The position numbers were made by a program, and so were the translations under genes. Under the pieces are notes generated by a model that saw nothing but the letters and a program-made list of their open reading frames with translations, was not told where the DNA came from and ran no database searches. This document shows, one piece after another, positions 37,690-45,639 of a stretch of DNA of 54,150 bases (positions within the stretch are counted from its first letter, which is position 1; every line of letters begins with the position of its first letter). This stretch comes from a virus (lineage: Duplodnaviria; Caudoviricetes), in the IMG/VR virus record IMGVR_UViG_3300027752_000024, positions 1 to 54,150 of that record; one strand, written 5' to 3'.

Positions 37690-37766
37690 TGGTCGGAGTA
37701 CAAGGATTCGAACCTTGGACCCTCTGCTCCCAAAGCAGATGCGCTACCAGACTGCGCCATACTCCG
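37690..37766 (-). tRNA. tRNA-Pro(TGG)
   Basis: CGGAGTA..loop TT-TGG-GA, encoded CCA. Confidence 0.95.
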
Positions 37767-37862
37767 TAAATTAAGAAGCAGTTTTGCGTCTTACTAAGGA
37801 CGGCCAATCTCCTGGACACCATTTGCTCAATTATTTTACAAGGGGAACAAAACCCTTTAACT

Positions 37863-37946
37863 TGGTAGGGATAAAAGGACTCGAACCTTCACGCATTGCT
37901 GCACTAGAACCTAAATCTAGCGTGTCTACCATTCCACCATATCCCC
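37863..37946 (-). tRNA. tRNA-Leu(TAG)
   Basis: Loop TT-TAG-GT, long variable arm, encoded CCA. Confidence 0.95.
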
Positions 37947-37959
37947 ACAGTGTTTGTTT

Positions 37960-38035
37960 TGGTGCCCCCACACGGACTCGAACCGCGGACCTATGGTTTA
38001 CAAAACCATTGCTCTACCAGCTGAGCTATAGGGGC
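37960..38035 (-). tRNA. tRNA-Thr(TGT)
   Basis: Loop TT-TGT-AA, encoded CCA. Confidence 0.95.
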
Positions 38036-38048
38036 AAAAACTTAATAG

Positions 38049-38411
38049 TTAGCCTGCACTGCGTGTTAAGAAATTAACACGAACTTTGCTTGGCTTAAAA
38101 AACTTTTCAATTACATCTTGTGCTATACCAATATCAACTGGCTTACACGAAAAAATATCAATATAAGCGTCACCATTGCTATCTACAAGGTGTCCACTGA
38201 TGTTGCTTGTTTCAATCATTTGGCAAAAGCTAATACCTGCCTTATCAGGGGCGTGTGTAGCAAAATGCTCAATCATTGGTTCCCCAAATGCAACCATTTC
38301 AATTGCTGGAACCAATTCTTTAATAAAGTTATAAACATTCTCTTTGCTCATAACAAGTTCTTTGTCACAAGCAGCGCAATCAAACATTGCATGATAACCC
38401 CAGTACGCCAT
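38049..38411 (-). CDS. speD: S-adenosylmethionine decarboxylase proenzyme (short prokaryotic/phage type)
   Basis: GYHAMFD..C, GISFCQMIETSNISGH (pyruvoyl cleavage region) and YIDIFSCK. Confidence 0.8.
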   Translation of the reverse strand: MAYWGYHAMFDCAACDKELVMSKENVYNFIKELVPAIEMVAFGEPMIEHFATHAPDKAGISFCQMIETSNISGHLVDSNGDAYIDIFSCKPVDIGIAQDVIEKFFKPSKVRVNFLTRSAG

Positions 38412-38441
38412 CTAATCTTTTTCCTTCTTTTCTAAATGTTA

Positions 38442-38516
38442 TGGAGCGGGTGATCAGGATCGAACTGACGACAATCTGCTTGGAAGGCAGGAGCTCTACC
38501 ACTGAGCTACACCCGC
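38442..38516 (-). tRNA. tRNA-Gly(TCC)
   Basis: GCGGGTG..loop CT-TCC-AA, TCCA end. Confidence 0.95.
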
Positions 38517-38524
38517 ATGTTATT

Positions 38525-38535
38525 TGGTGGGTCCT
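38525..38535 (-). repeat. 11-bp direct repeat of the tRNA-Ile2 3' end (AGGACCCACCA)
   Basis: tggtgggtcct occurs at 38525-38535 and 39022-39032, bracketing the HNH gene. Confidence 0.8.
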
Positions 38536-38971
38536 AAGAAATTCTACATCCTTTAGACCTGTTTTCTTTTATTGTTAGATATTGTAAGTTGCTTTCGTGG
38601 TGTAGTCCGCCTTTTGCTAAAGGTATGATATGGTCTACTTCGTGTCCTTCTGGGCAATTTTCATATATCGTTTGTATTAAGTCTTTATTAGCATTAGGTG
38701 CATACGCTCGATTGTATCCGTGTTTTGCTCTGTATCGTGCTTGCCTTGCAGCATTGGATGCTGCAACTATACTAGCATCTTTTTTTCTAACACTACTAGA
38801 GCATTTATTACTACAATACTTTTTGTTTCTTGTAACTGTGCCGCATACACTACACTCTATAGGATCTTTACCATGACGCCTAACACCTTTATTATTATGT
38901 TTTGCAGCACAAGATTTGCTACAAAACTTTGGATTTTTTGTTTCTACTTTGCAATGTTTACAGTTGTTCAT
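38534..38971 (-). CDS. HNH homing endonuclease
   Basis: Two Cys-rich zinc-finger repeats (CKHC..FCSKSC; CSVC..YCSNKC) and C-terminal HEVDHIIPLAKGGLHHESNLQYL..EN. Confidence 0.9.
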   Translation of the reverse strand: MNNCKHCKVETKNPKFCSKSCAAKHNNKGVRRHGKDPIECSVCGTVTRNKKYCSNKCSSSVRKKDASIVAASNAARQARYRAKHGYNRAYAPNANKDLIQTIYENCPEGHEVDHIIPLAKGGLHHESNLQYLTIKENRSKGCRIS

Positions 38972-39021
38972 ATAGTTATTTATCTATTTGAACTGCAAGT
39001 CACTCCGTAACAAAAACAACA

Positions 39022-39098
39022 TGGTGGGTCCTCCGAGACTCGAACTCGGAACCGTCCGGTTATGAGCCGGAAGCTCTAACCAATTGAGCTAAGGACCC
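39022..39098 (-). tRNA. tRNA with CAT anticodon, most likely tRNA-Ile2 (lysidine-modified)
   Basis: GGGTCCT acceptor stem with paired 1-72, loop CT-CAT-AA, A73. Lacks the initiator C1:A72 mismatch. tilS is present in the window. Confidence 0.8.
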
Positions 39099-39106
39099 GT
39101 ATTGGT

Positions 39107-39196
39107 TGGCAGACAGGGTGGGATTCGAACCCACGGAACGCTTGCACGTTCGCCGGATTAGTAATCCGGAGCTTTCGGCCACTCAGCCACCTGTCC
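39107..39196 (-). tRNA. tRNA-Ser with ACT anticodon
   Basis: Ser-type body (GGA start, long variable arm, G73). Anticodon arm CCGGA-TT-ACT-AA-TCCGG. Confidence 0.88.
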
Positions 39197-39200
39197 ACTT

Positions 39201-39275
39201 TGGCTCCACCTCCTGGGATCGAACCAGGGACCCACAGATTAACAGTCTGTTGCACTACCGCTGTGCTAAGGTGGA
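39201..39275 (-). tRNA. tRNA-Asn(GTT)
   Basis: TCC start, loop CT-GTT-AA, GCCA end. Confidence 0.95.
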
Positions 39276-39280
39276 ACATT

Positions 39281-39381
39281 AACTCTACTTACAACTGTGC
39301 CTCGGAGTTTACTCCGCTATCTTAAGAGGGCAAGATTCAAGTCCGGTTCTCTCACTTGCAGGCACAGTTGTAAGTAGAGTT
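39281..39381. repeat. 22-bp perfect inverted repeat enclosing two internal hairpins (structured leader/ncRNA)
   Basis: aactctacttacaactgtgcct (39281-39302) is the reverse complement of 39360-39381. Inner stems are CGGAGT/ACTCCG and GCAAG/CTTGC. Confidence 0.85.
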
Positions 39382-39464
39382 TTAACAATGTATGTTAGTG
39401 CATACATCGCTCTACTTACAGCTTATCATCGGCTTACGCCTAAAGCTAAAATATTCTGTCTAAA

Positions 39465-39496
39465 TTGTCAAAGAACGTGTAAACATTGCTGCTTAC
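39465..39496 (-). promoter_or_regulatory. rrn-like antitermination signal: boxB hairpin followed by boxA
   Basis: GTAAGCA-GCAA-TGTTTAC GNRA hairpin followed by GTTCTTTGACAA (bacterial boxA consensus GYTCTTTAACA). Confidence 0.7.
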
Positions 39497-39502
39497 TTAG
39501 TT

Positions 39503-39531
39503 AATGTAACATATTTTATAGTGTGTGTCAA
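39503..39531 (-). promoter_or_regulatory. tRNA operon promoter P2
   Basis: TTGACA-N17-TACATT. Confidence 0.7.
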
Positions 39532-39597
39532 TCACTTAGTTTAACTTTTTTGTAAGTGCATCAATCTATGTTACTAGTTTCTGCTGCTTACTTGTTT

Positions 39598-39626
39598 AAT
39601 ATAACGTATTATATATGGGTTGTCAA
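39598..39626 (-). promoter_or_regulatory. tRNA operon promoter P1
   Basis: TTGACA-N17-TATATT. Confidence 0.7.
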
Positions 39627-39698
39627 TGAGTTTCTTGCCTAATGTGGGAATATTTATCACTTTAATAAAAACTGCGCATAGAATGGTGTAAATACAGT

Positions 39699-40697
39699 AT
39701 GATTTATACAGAATGGGATCCTTTAAAGGAAATAATAGTTGGCAAGGTTTATGATCCTGCTGATATTGCACACATAGAAGACGTAGAGTTTCGCAATGGA
39801 CTACAACGAATATTTGAAGAAAGTGAAGAAGACTTTTGTGCTTTAACAGAAATGCTGGAAAGCTACGATGTTGTAGTACATAGGCCAAACTGTGAATACA
39901 AAGGTGACTTTCGATATCCTGCGGTATGTCCAAGAGACATGCACATTGTATATGGTGATCAAGTAATAAACACCATGGGCGGAGATCCTAATCGTTATTA
40001 CGAAAGTGATCACTTTGCAGATATTATGCTGGGATTAGATAGAGATTATTATGCAATGCCAAGGCCGACGTTGCCAAACTACTATGCTCCATATCAGTTC
40101 AATGAAGGTAAAATACTATACCATGCTGCCAACATACTAAAGTGTGGCGATGCACTATTACACACAAAGCCGTACAACAACAACACGTATACTCCAACTA
40201 GGCAGTTTGGCAGAGGAACTGATACAGGGTTAGATTGGTGCAAGAAGAACATAGATGCACGTTGGATTGAACTGCACGAAAGCGGACATGCCGATGGTAA
40301 GATTGCACTTATCAAACCCGGATTGCTGATGTGTTGGTTAGAAGATATGATTCCTCCCGAACTACAAAGTTGGGATAGAGTAGTTGTACCCAAGCAAGAT
40401 GTACCTGAACAGTTTTGGCAAAGTAAGAAACAACCTCTTATGCAAAAAAATGTAAATCAATGGCTGGGCAGCTGGATTGGTCACGTAGACGAAACTATTT
40501 TTGATGTTAATGTTGTTAGTGTATCACCAGAGTTGGTTATTACAAATGGATACGATGCAGGTGTAGCAGCACAACTTAAAAAGCATGGTGTGGAAATGGT
40601 TCCATTTAACTTTAGACACAAGTTCTTTTGGGATGGCGGATTGCACTGTGTAACATTAGATTTAACAAGAGAAGGCAAGTGTGAAACATATGTATAA
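39699..40697 (+). CDS. Amidinotransferase (glycine / inosamine-phosphate amidinotransferase family)
   Basis: EWDPLKEIIVG, CPRD, HADG and terminal GGLHCVTLDL.R with catalytic Cys. Confidence 0.88.
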   Translation: MIYTEWDPLKEIIVGKVYDPADIAHIEDVEFRNGLQRIFEESEEDFCALTEMLESYDVVVHRPNCEYKGDFRYPAVCPRDMHIVYGDQVINTMGGDPNRYYESDHFADIMLGLDRDYYAMPRPTLPNYYAPYQFNEGKILYHAANILKCGDALLHTKPYNNNTYTPTRQFGRGTDTGLDWCKKNIDARWIELHESGHADGKIALIKPGLLMCWLEDMIPPELQSWDRVVVPKQDVPEQFWQSKKQPLMQKNVNQWLGSWIGHVDETIFDVNVVSVSPELVITNGYDAGVAAQLKKHGVEMVPFNFRHKFFWDGGLHCVTLDLTREGKCETYV

Positions 40698-41406
40698 GAT
40701 AGCAATGCACATACCTACCGAACTGTTGGTGGTAGATGATTTTTTATCACAGGATGATTGGGATAAAGTACACAATCAAGTGCAGTGTGATGAATGGACA
40801 CAAAGCCAAGCAGACGACAAGTATTGGCACATAACAGACGGTGCCAACTACAAAGCCAGCAAACGCTTTATAAAAGATGCACCGTTCAATGACAACTACG
40901 ATCCGTGGGTAGACGCAATAAAGAAGTTTGCAGACACTTGCGAACAAGCACAAGAGTTTGTAAGTGGATATACAGACATTGCAATGCGATGCCACGGATA
41001 TCCAGTTGGTAGTAAGAATCCTTGGCACACCGACATGGGCGGAGTTACTTACAGTTATTATCTACACAAACAATGGCAAATAAACTGGGATAGTACGCTA
41101 CTGGTATTACCTCGTGGCAGTGTAGAATACAAACAGATAATGCGTAAGCTACCTGGTACTAAACAACACGACACTTACAAAACAGTAGGCACACTCGAAA
41201 TGTTTGAGCAAGCAGAAAAACAAAAGCACTTGATTGAATATGGTTTGGGCACATTTGTATCACCCAAGCCCAACAGGCTGGTGTTGATTGGTAAGAACGT
41301 TGTACACGGTATAAACAGAGTAGACTCGGATGCTGGTGAAAACATACGATTAACACTTACAGGATTCTTTAACTTTTTTAATACTCAGGTAGTAAAAAAT
41401 GTTTAG
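40681..41406 (+). CDS. 2OG-Fe(II) oxygenase (prolyl hydroxylase-like)
   Basis: WHTD (HxD), YYL..W..NW, PKPNRLV, HG and R.TL.GF motifs. Confidence 0.8.
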   Translation: MKHMYKIAMHIPTELLVVDDFLSQDDWDKVHNQVQCDEWTQSQADDKYWHITDGANYKASKRFIKDAPFNDNYDPWVDAIKKFADTCEQAQEFVSGYTDIAMRCHGYPVGSKNPWHTDMGGVTYSYYLHKQWQINWDSTLLVLPRGSVEYKQIMRKLPGTKQHDTYKTVGTLEMFEQAEKQKHLIEYGLGTFVSPKPNRLVLIGKNVVHGINRVDSDAGENIRLTLTGFFNFFNTQVVKNV

Positions 41407-42199
41407 CTCAAAAGCAATAGCAATTCGTGATCCAGAAGTAGCAGACTTTATCAAAACTATAAAGGTACCGTTTGATGCATTTGCATCTCCTATACATTTT
41501 ATTAAACACCACAGAGAATGGTTAGTAAATAATACATTTTATATTAACGGGCTAGACGAGTTTGAAAATGCATATGTGACTGCTGGTGTTACAGAAGCTT
41601 TCAATGAAGTTTACAAGGATGAATGTTTTGTACTAGAAGGCGAATACAGCTATCATAAAGATCTTGGAATACCAATAGTTGATTATAAAAATATTCCAAA
41701 CGGATCGAGACTTATTATAAGTTATCCATTTGCATCTACAGGCAATCCGCACAATCAGTGGAAAGACATTCTCGACCACTGCGAGAAAAACAATATAAAA
41801 ATATTTGTCGATGCTTGTTTAGCAGGTGTTAGCTTGGGTAAGATTGATTTGCGATATCCTTGTATTACGCACATTGCATTTAGTTTTAGCAAAGCATTTA
41901 ATACAGGACATCTACGTAGTGGAGTTGTATACACTAAAAGTAATGATGCTAGTCCTGCAAGTATTACAAACAAGCATTTTTATTTAAATCATTTAAGTAT
42001 GGTACTGCACACTAAACTAATGAATCAGTTTAGCAGTGACTTTATTTTTCACAAGCATAGATTAAAACAAATTGAGTTGTGTAAAGAACACAGCCTAATA
42101 CAAAGCGACTGTGTTCTTTTTGGGTTAGACAACAATCAACGAAAGTGTCTTAGTCCCGTGTTGGGAAATCAACTACCGTTTGATCAGTTTTCACAATAA
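41399..42199 (+). CDS. PLP-dependent enzyme (fold type I, aminotransferase-like, short)
   Basis: GVTEAF, ISYPF.STG, FVDAC and SFSKAF..LRSG (Schiff-base Lys). Confidence 0.7.
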   Translation: MFSSKAIAIRDPEVADFIKTIKVPFDAFASPIHFIKHHREWLVNNTFYINGLDEFENAYVTAGVTEAFNEVYKDECFVLEGEYSYHKDLGIPIVDYKNIPNGSRLIISYPFASTGNPHNQWKDILDHCEKNNIKIFVDACLAGVSLGKIDLRYPCITHIAFSFSKAFNTGHLRSGVVYTKSNDASPASITNKHFYLNHLSMVLHTKLMNQFSSDFIFHKHRLKQIELCKEHSLIQSDCVLFGLDNNQRKCLSPVLGNQLPFDQFSQ

Positions 42200-42365
42200 C
42201 CAGTCCTGGTTTAGAGTTTTTCTTGTCGTGTTCTTCTTGTATAAGCTCTTCGATGATATTTGAAACTTCTTCATCTTCAAAGTGAAGATATTTTTCAATA
42301 ATATCTAAACGACTGTCAATCTTGTACAACAGTTCAAGCATTTCGTCCATTTTAAAATCACTCAT
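42150..42365 (-). CDS. Hypothetical acidic protein
   Basis: ORF coupled to the upstream gene (TAATG). Confidence 0.55.
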   Translation of the reverse strand: MSDFKMDEMLELLYKIDSRLDIIEKYLHFEDEEVSNIIEELIQEEHDKKNSKPGLVIVKTDQTVVDFPTRD

Positions 42366-42865
42366 TAGTTTGCATTAAGATTAGCATTTGCATCAATGCC
42401 ATCACCTACACGATAGTTATTGTAAGTATACGCAGTACCAGATAACCCGTTCCATTCAAAGCGAATAAAATAGTTTTTAAGTTGTTGTGTTTGACTACGT
42501 GAGTTTACTTGCTTGCATTGGCGCTCTATACGGTACCCTGTAATAACTTGACGACTGGAGTTATTATCAGCTGCAATAACTCCGCCCATTACTGCGCCAG
42601 CGGCTGCGCCGTTGTCTTTACCAGTAATACCTTTGCCAATTAACGCACCGAGGATCATACCGCTGAGTACATCTCCGCCATTGGCTCCGCCACCTGTATT
42701 GCCATAGACAGGAACTTCTACATCATAGCATTGTGTAGTTGGATTGTTCTGATATACAGTTTCATACCTTGGTTCAACATATGTAATACGTGCTCGTACT
42801 ACTTCAGCGTTTACAGCAGACGCTGCAACAACAGCTACGATCGTACTAAAAAATAAAGTTTTCAT
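42365..42865 (-). CDS. Exported glycine-zipper protein (YcfJ-like)
   Basis: Signal peptide, GMILGALIGKG..GAAAGAVMGGVIA glycine zipper, paired Cys. Confidence 0.75.
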   Translation of the reverse strand: MKTLFFSTIVAVVAASAVNAEVVRARITYVEPRYETVYQNNPTTQCYDVEVPVYGNTGGGANGGDVLSGMILGALIGKGITGKDNGAAAGAVMGGVIAADNNSSRQVITGYRIERQCKQVNSRSQTQQLKNYFIRFEWNGLSGTAYTYNNYRVGDGIDANANLNAN

Positions 42866-43104
42866 TATAAAGTTTCCATTTCTAGTTGTGTTTCAGCGTC
42901 TGCTTCTTCACGGCGTTCAGCTTTGATTGAATCTGCAATTTCGTCAAATGCTTCGTAAAACATTTCGCTGTTCTTCCAAGTGCCAGCACATTCAGCATAT
43001 GCATCGGCGTCTACAAAGTTCCAGTTGATGCTGTAGTCTTCATTGATATTCTCAGCTTTTTCAACTGCATTACGCATTGTGGACTCTAGTGCAGAATAAA
43101 TCAT
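42865..43104 (-). CDS. Hypothetical acidic early protein
   Basis: GGAG RBS before ATG 43104. Preceded by TTGACG-N17-TATATT (43138-43166). Confidence 0.6.
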   Translation of the reverse strand: MIYSALESTMRNAVEKAENINEDYSINWNFVDADAYAECAGTWKNSEMFYEAFDEIADSIKAERREEADAETQLEMETL

Positions 43105-43170
43105 TTTGTATCTCCGTTTGTGTGTGTCTATACATATAATATAACACACCTACTCAAGGCCGTCAACCTT

Positions 43171-43707
43171 TTATTTTAAAAATCCTGAGATTTGTAGAGT
43201 GTATTTGTCTGCCATTCCAGCGTTGGCACTTAGATGCAAATGGTTGTGATCCCAAATGTATCCATCGCCTGCACTCCAATGTGTGCTGTTGTGCCACGTC
43301 TTGTCGTGCTCTTGATACTGAATAAGATGTCCAACTTTCCAATCTTGCAAGTACATATTAGCACGAACTTTTAAACGTTTGTCATCTGGGTAACGTTTGT
43401 TGATTTGGAAGAATGTATCTCTGTGAATAGGAATAACGTTGCCTGGTGGCTGTAATACTGTGCTAACAGTTACCACTTCAATGCCCAACTGGCGTTCGAA
43501 CTCTTTGTAGTCTACCTGTGTTTCGTCAAACCACAACTGTCTAATCAATGTGTTGCTGCGTTCGTAGCTGTCTGGAAATCCACCGTGTTCTTCGTGAACA
43601 TCCTGTAGCTCATGTACTTGGTGTGCAATACAGCTACCTTCGTGTACACTGTAGTCGGCATTTAGAAATACATCAAAATCATAATCTAGTTTAGTTTGTA
43701 CTAACAT
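43171..43707 (-). CDS. 2OG-Fe(II)/cupin-like oxygenase
   Basis: PGNVIPIHRD (HxD) and HLSANAG..KYTLQISG. Start moved to MLVQ. Confidence 0.6.
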   Translation of the reverse strand: MLVQTKLDYDFDVFLNADYSVHEGSCIAHQVHELQDVHEEHGGFPDSYERSNTLIRQLWFDETQVDYKEFERQLGIEVVTVSTVLQPPGNVIPIHRDTFFQINKRYPDDKRLKVRANMYLQDWKVGHLIQYQEHDKTWHNSTHWSAGDGYIWDHNHLHLSANAGMADKYTLQISGFLK

Positions 43708-44065
43708 CAGTTTGATCCTTTTTCCAAAACTCGCCGAGACGTACCTTGTAATCATCTTTGGCAATAACTTCTACATTACTTACACGATCGTAACGAAAGC
43801 TACGGAAGCCTTTTGATTCAACTGCCCATGCTGCACAAACTTTGTCAGATACTTCACGCACTTTCTTTTGTGTGATTGCATCATCTTTGGTTGCAGGCGG
43901 TAAAAAACTTTCAATAAGTGTGCATGGCATTTTACGTTCTTCGCCATTGAGTTTTAAAAAAGTTACTTCAACTACTTCTTTGCGTAATAAACTCATTAGT
44001 TCAACACGGGTAGGAATACCTTTTAAATCAGCTATTGTCTTCTGCACGTCTTCTGTTGTAGACAT
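43691..44065 (-). CDS. SH3-fold phage protein (WYL_2/DUF2693-like)
   Basis: VEVTFLKLNGEERKMPCTL...W.VESKGFRSFR. Confidence 0.7.
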   Translation of the reverse strand: MSTTEDVQKTIADLKGIPTRVELMSLLRKEVVEVTFLKLNGEERKMPCTLIESFLPPATKDDAITQKKVREVSDKVCAAWAVESKGFRSFRYDRVSNVEVIAKDDYKVRLGEFWKKDQTDVSTN

Positions 44066-44651
44066 TTACTTTCTCCAATATATCTGCCCAAGTTACATTG
44101 GGCTTTCCTCTTAAACTTAAAACAACTCTACGGTTATCATTGCCTGTGTTGTTGCTTCTGTGAAATACATCTGTTTTGATCAGTTGTATGCTATTTAACA
44201 CTATTGACTCACTCACAATATAGTTGTTGTCAAAGTATTCAGGCATCATAGCACTGCCGCCTGGTGCAAACTGCTCTGTACCAAAGTCGTTGTTGTGATC
44301 TTCAAACCATTCGTTTATACCCAAGTCGCAATTTGCAATAGGAATATTAATAGCCCATGGTCGAAGTTCTTTTGATTGTCCTAAACAATCTTTATGTATC
44401 TGTAACTTACGGTGTGGATTGGTTACAAATAGTCTAGCAGTTTGTAGCTCAATATCAAGAGCATCCAGCAACGATTGTACCGGCCATTTAATGTCTTTGC
44501 CAGTGATTAAAAAACCTGTAACCACTGGCAATATTCTATTGTCGTCTTTGTAAAGTGTTCTGCTATCGAGCTTGTGTCCAAACTCATTCCAATAGATATC
44601 ATACAACTCTTGTGTTGGTAAATGAAAATCTACTGGACAGCTAAACTTCAT
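44028..44651 (-). CDS. 2OG-Fe(II)/cupin-like oxygenase
   Basis: IHKD (HxD), AINIPI and FHRSNN..RVVLSLR motifs. Confidence 0.55.
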   Translation of the reverse strand: MKFSCPVDFHLPTQELYDIYWNEFGHKLDSRTLYKDDNRILPVVTGFLITGKDIKWPVQSLLDALDIELQTARLFVTNPHRKLQIHKDCLGQSKELRPWAINIPIANCDLGINEWFEDHNNDFGTEQFAPGGSAMMPEYFDNNYIVSESIVLNSIQLIKTDVFHRSNNTGNDNRRVVLSLRGKPNVTWADILEKVNVYNRRRAEDNS

Positions 44652-45265
44652 CTTTGTGATATTACGTCATCTGCAAGTCCGTATTCAACTGCTTCTGCTG
44701 CTGTAAGGAATGTGTCAAACTTCATAGTTTCAAACAGTTCAGCATACTCTTTGCCTTTGCTGTTATGACGAACATACAGCTCTGTAAGGCGCTTGTTAAC
44801 CTTCTTACTTTCTTCCATGCTGCGAACTGCATCTTCGAACTGTAGTTCTTGTACGTGTACACTGCCGCTAGTGCCGCGTGTGCCTGAGCTTACACGGTGG
44901 ATCATTGTACGGCTCTCCGGTAGTACTACCCGCTTGCCTGCTGTGCCTGCTTGTGCAAGGAACGATCCCATGCTACATGCTTGACCCATTACAATTGTAC
45001 GCACATCGCATTTGATAAACTGCATAGTATCGTAAATAGCAAGACCTGCTGTGACAGCACCGCCTGGACTGTTGATGTACAAGTTAATATCTTTGTCAGG
45101 ATTTTCTGACTCAAGAAACAACATTTGAGCCACAATCAAGTTGGCCATGTTATCTTCTACTGGTCCGTTGAGCATAACAATACGGTCCTTCATTAAACGA
45201 CTGTAAATATCGTATGAACGCTCGCCTTTAGATGTTTGTTCAACTACCATTGGTACTAGTGGCAT
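44648..45265 (-). CDS. clpP: ATP-dependent Clp protease proteolytic subunit
   Basis: [22 protein letters not shown] (Ser), MIH (His), EAVEYGLAD. Confidence 0.95.
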   Translation of the reverse strand: MPLVPMVVEQTSKGERSYDIYSRLMKDRIVMLNGPVEDNMANLIVAQMLFLESENPDKDINLYINSPGGAVTAGLAIYDTMQFIKCDVRTIVMGQACSMGSFLAQAGTAGKRVVLPESRTMIHRVSSGTRGTSGSVHVQELQFEDAVRSMEESKKVNKRLTELYVRHNSKGKEYAELFETMKFDTFLTAAEAVEYGLADDVISQR

Positions 45266-45293
45266 ATTTTTATCCTTCTATGTTTATTTGTTT

Positions 45294-45322
45294 AGTTTAC
45301 TACAGTTTTGCCAGACTGTCAA
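45294..45322 (-). promoter_or_regulatory. Sigma70-like promoter for clpP
   Basis: TTGACA-N17-TAAACT. Confidence 0.6.
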
Positions 45323-45333
45323 GATAATCTACT

Positions 45334-45639
45334 TTAAAACTGTTTGGCTTTAATAACAGCCGTTGCTCGTTCTTCAGCTAGTTTAGTTGATAATACAAAG
45401 TTTTCTACAAGTAACTTTGTCATGGTTGCCATTGCTACTGTATTTCTATGATCCTCGGGGATACTAAACAGTTGGTCAATAACATTTGCTGCCATAACTT
45501 CAAACACTTGTTCTTCTGTTACTTTCATTTTAGCCCAGTCAATAGGATCTTTGATCTCGACTTCTTTAGCCAAGCTGATCAGTCTGCCAACTGCTTCTGT
45601 TTTTGTTAAGTTTTCTTCCAATTTGTATACTCCGGCCAT
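45334..45639 (-). CDS. Hypothetical protein
   Basis: ORF. The start may be TTG at 45621, after GGAG. Confidence 0.6.
   Translation of the reverse strand: MAGVYKLEENLTKTEAVGRLISLAKEVEIKDPIDWAKMKVTEEQVFEVMAANVIDQLFSIPEDHRNTVAMATMTKLLVENFVLSTKLAEERATAVIKAKQF

Noticed and set aside
37776-37830. c-di-GMP-I riboswitch suggested by GCAAA..GACGCAAAAC
   Set aside because: There is no GNRA-capped P2 or receptor-bearing P3, and no downstream CDS to regulate.
39107-39196. Reading the Ser tRNA as an amber suppressor, because CUA is present in the loop
   Set aside because: In the 7-nt loop UUACUAA, positions 34-36 are ACU and CUA is offset by one. Genes are intact in the standard code and several end at TAG.
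36834-39279. ORFs 36834..37058, 37568..37822, 37784..38077, 38387..38578 and 39076..39279
   Set aside because: They overlap clear tRNA genes, and the translations are typical tRNA-derived artefacts.
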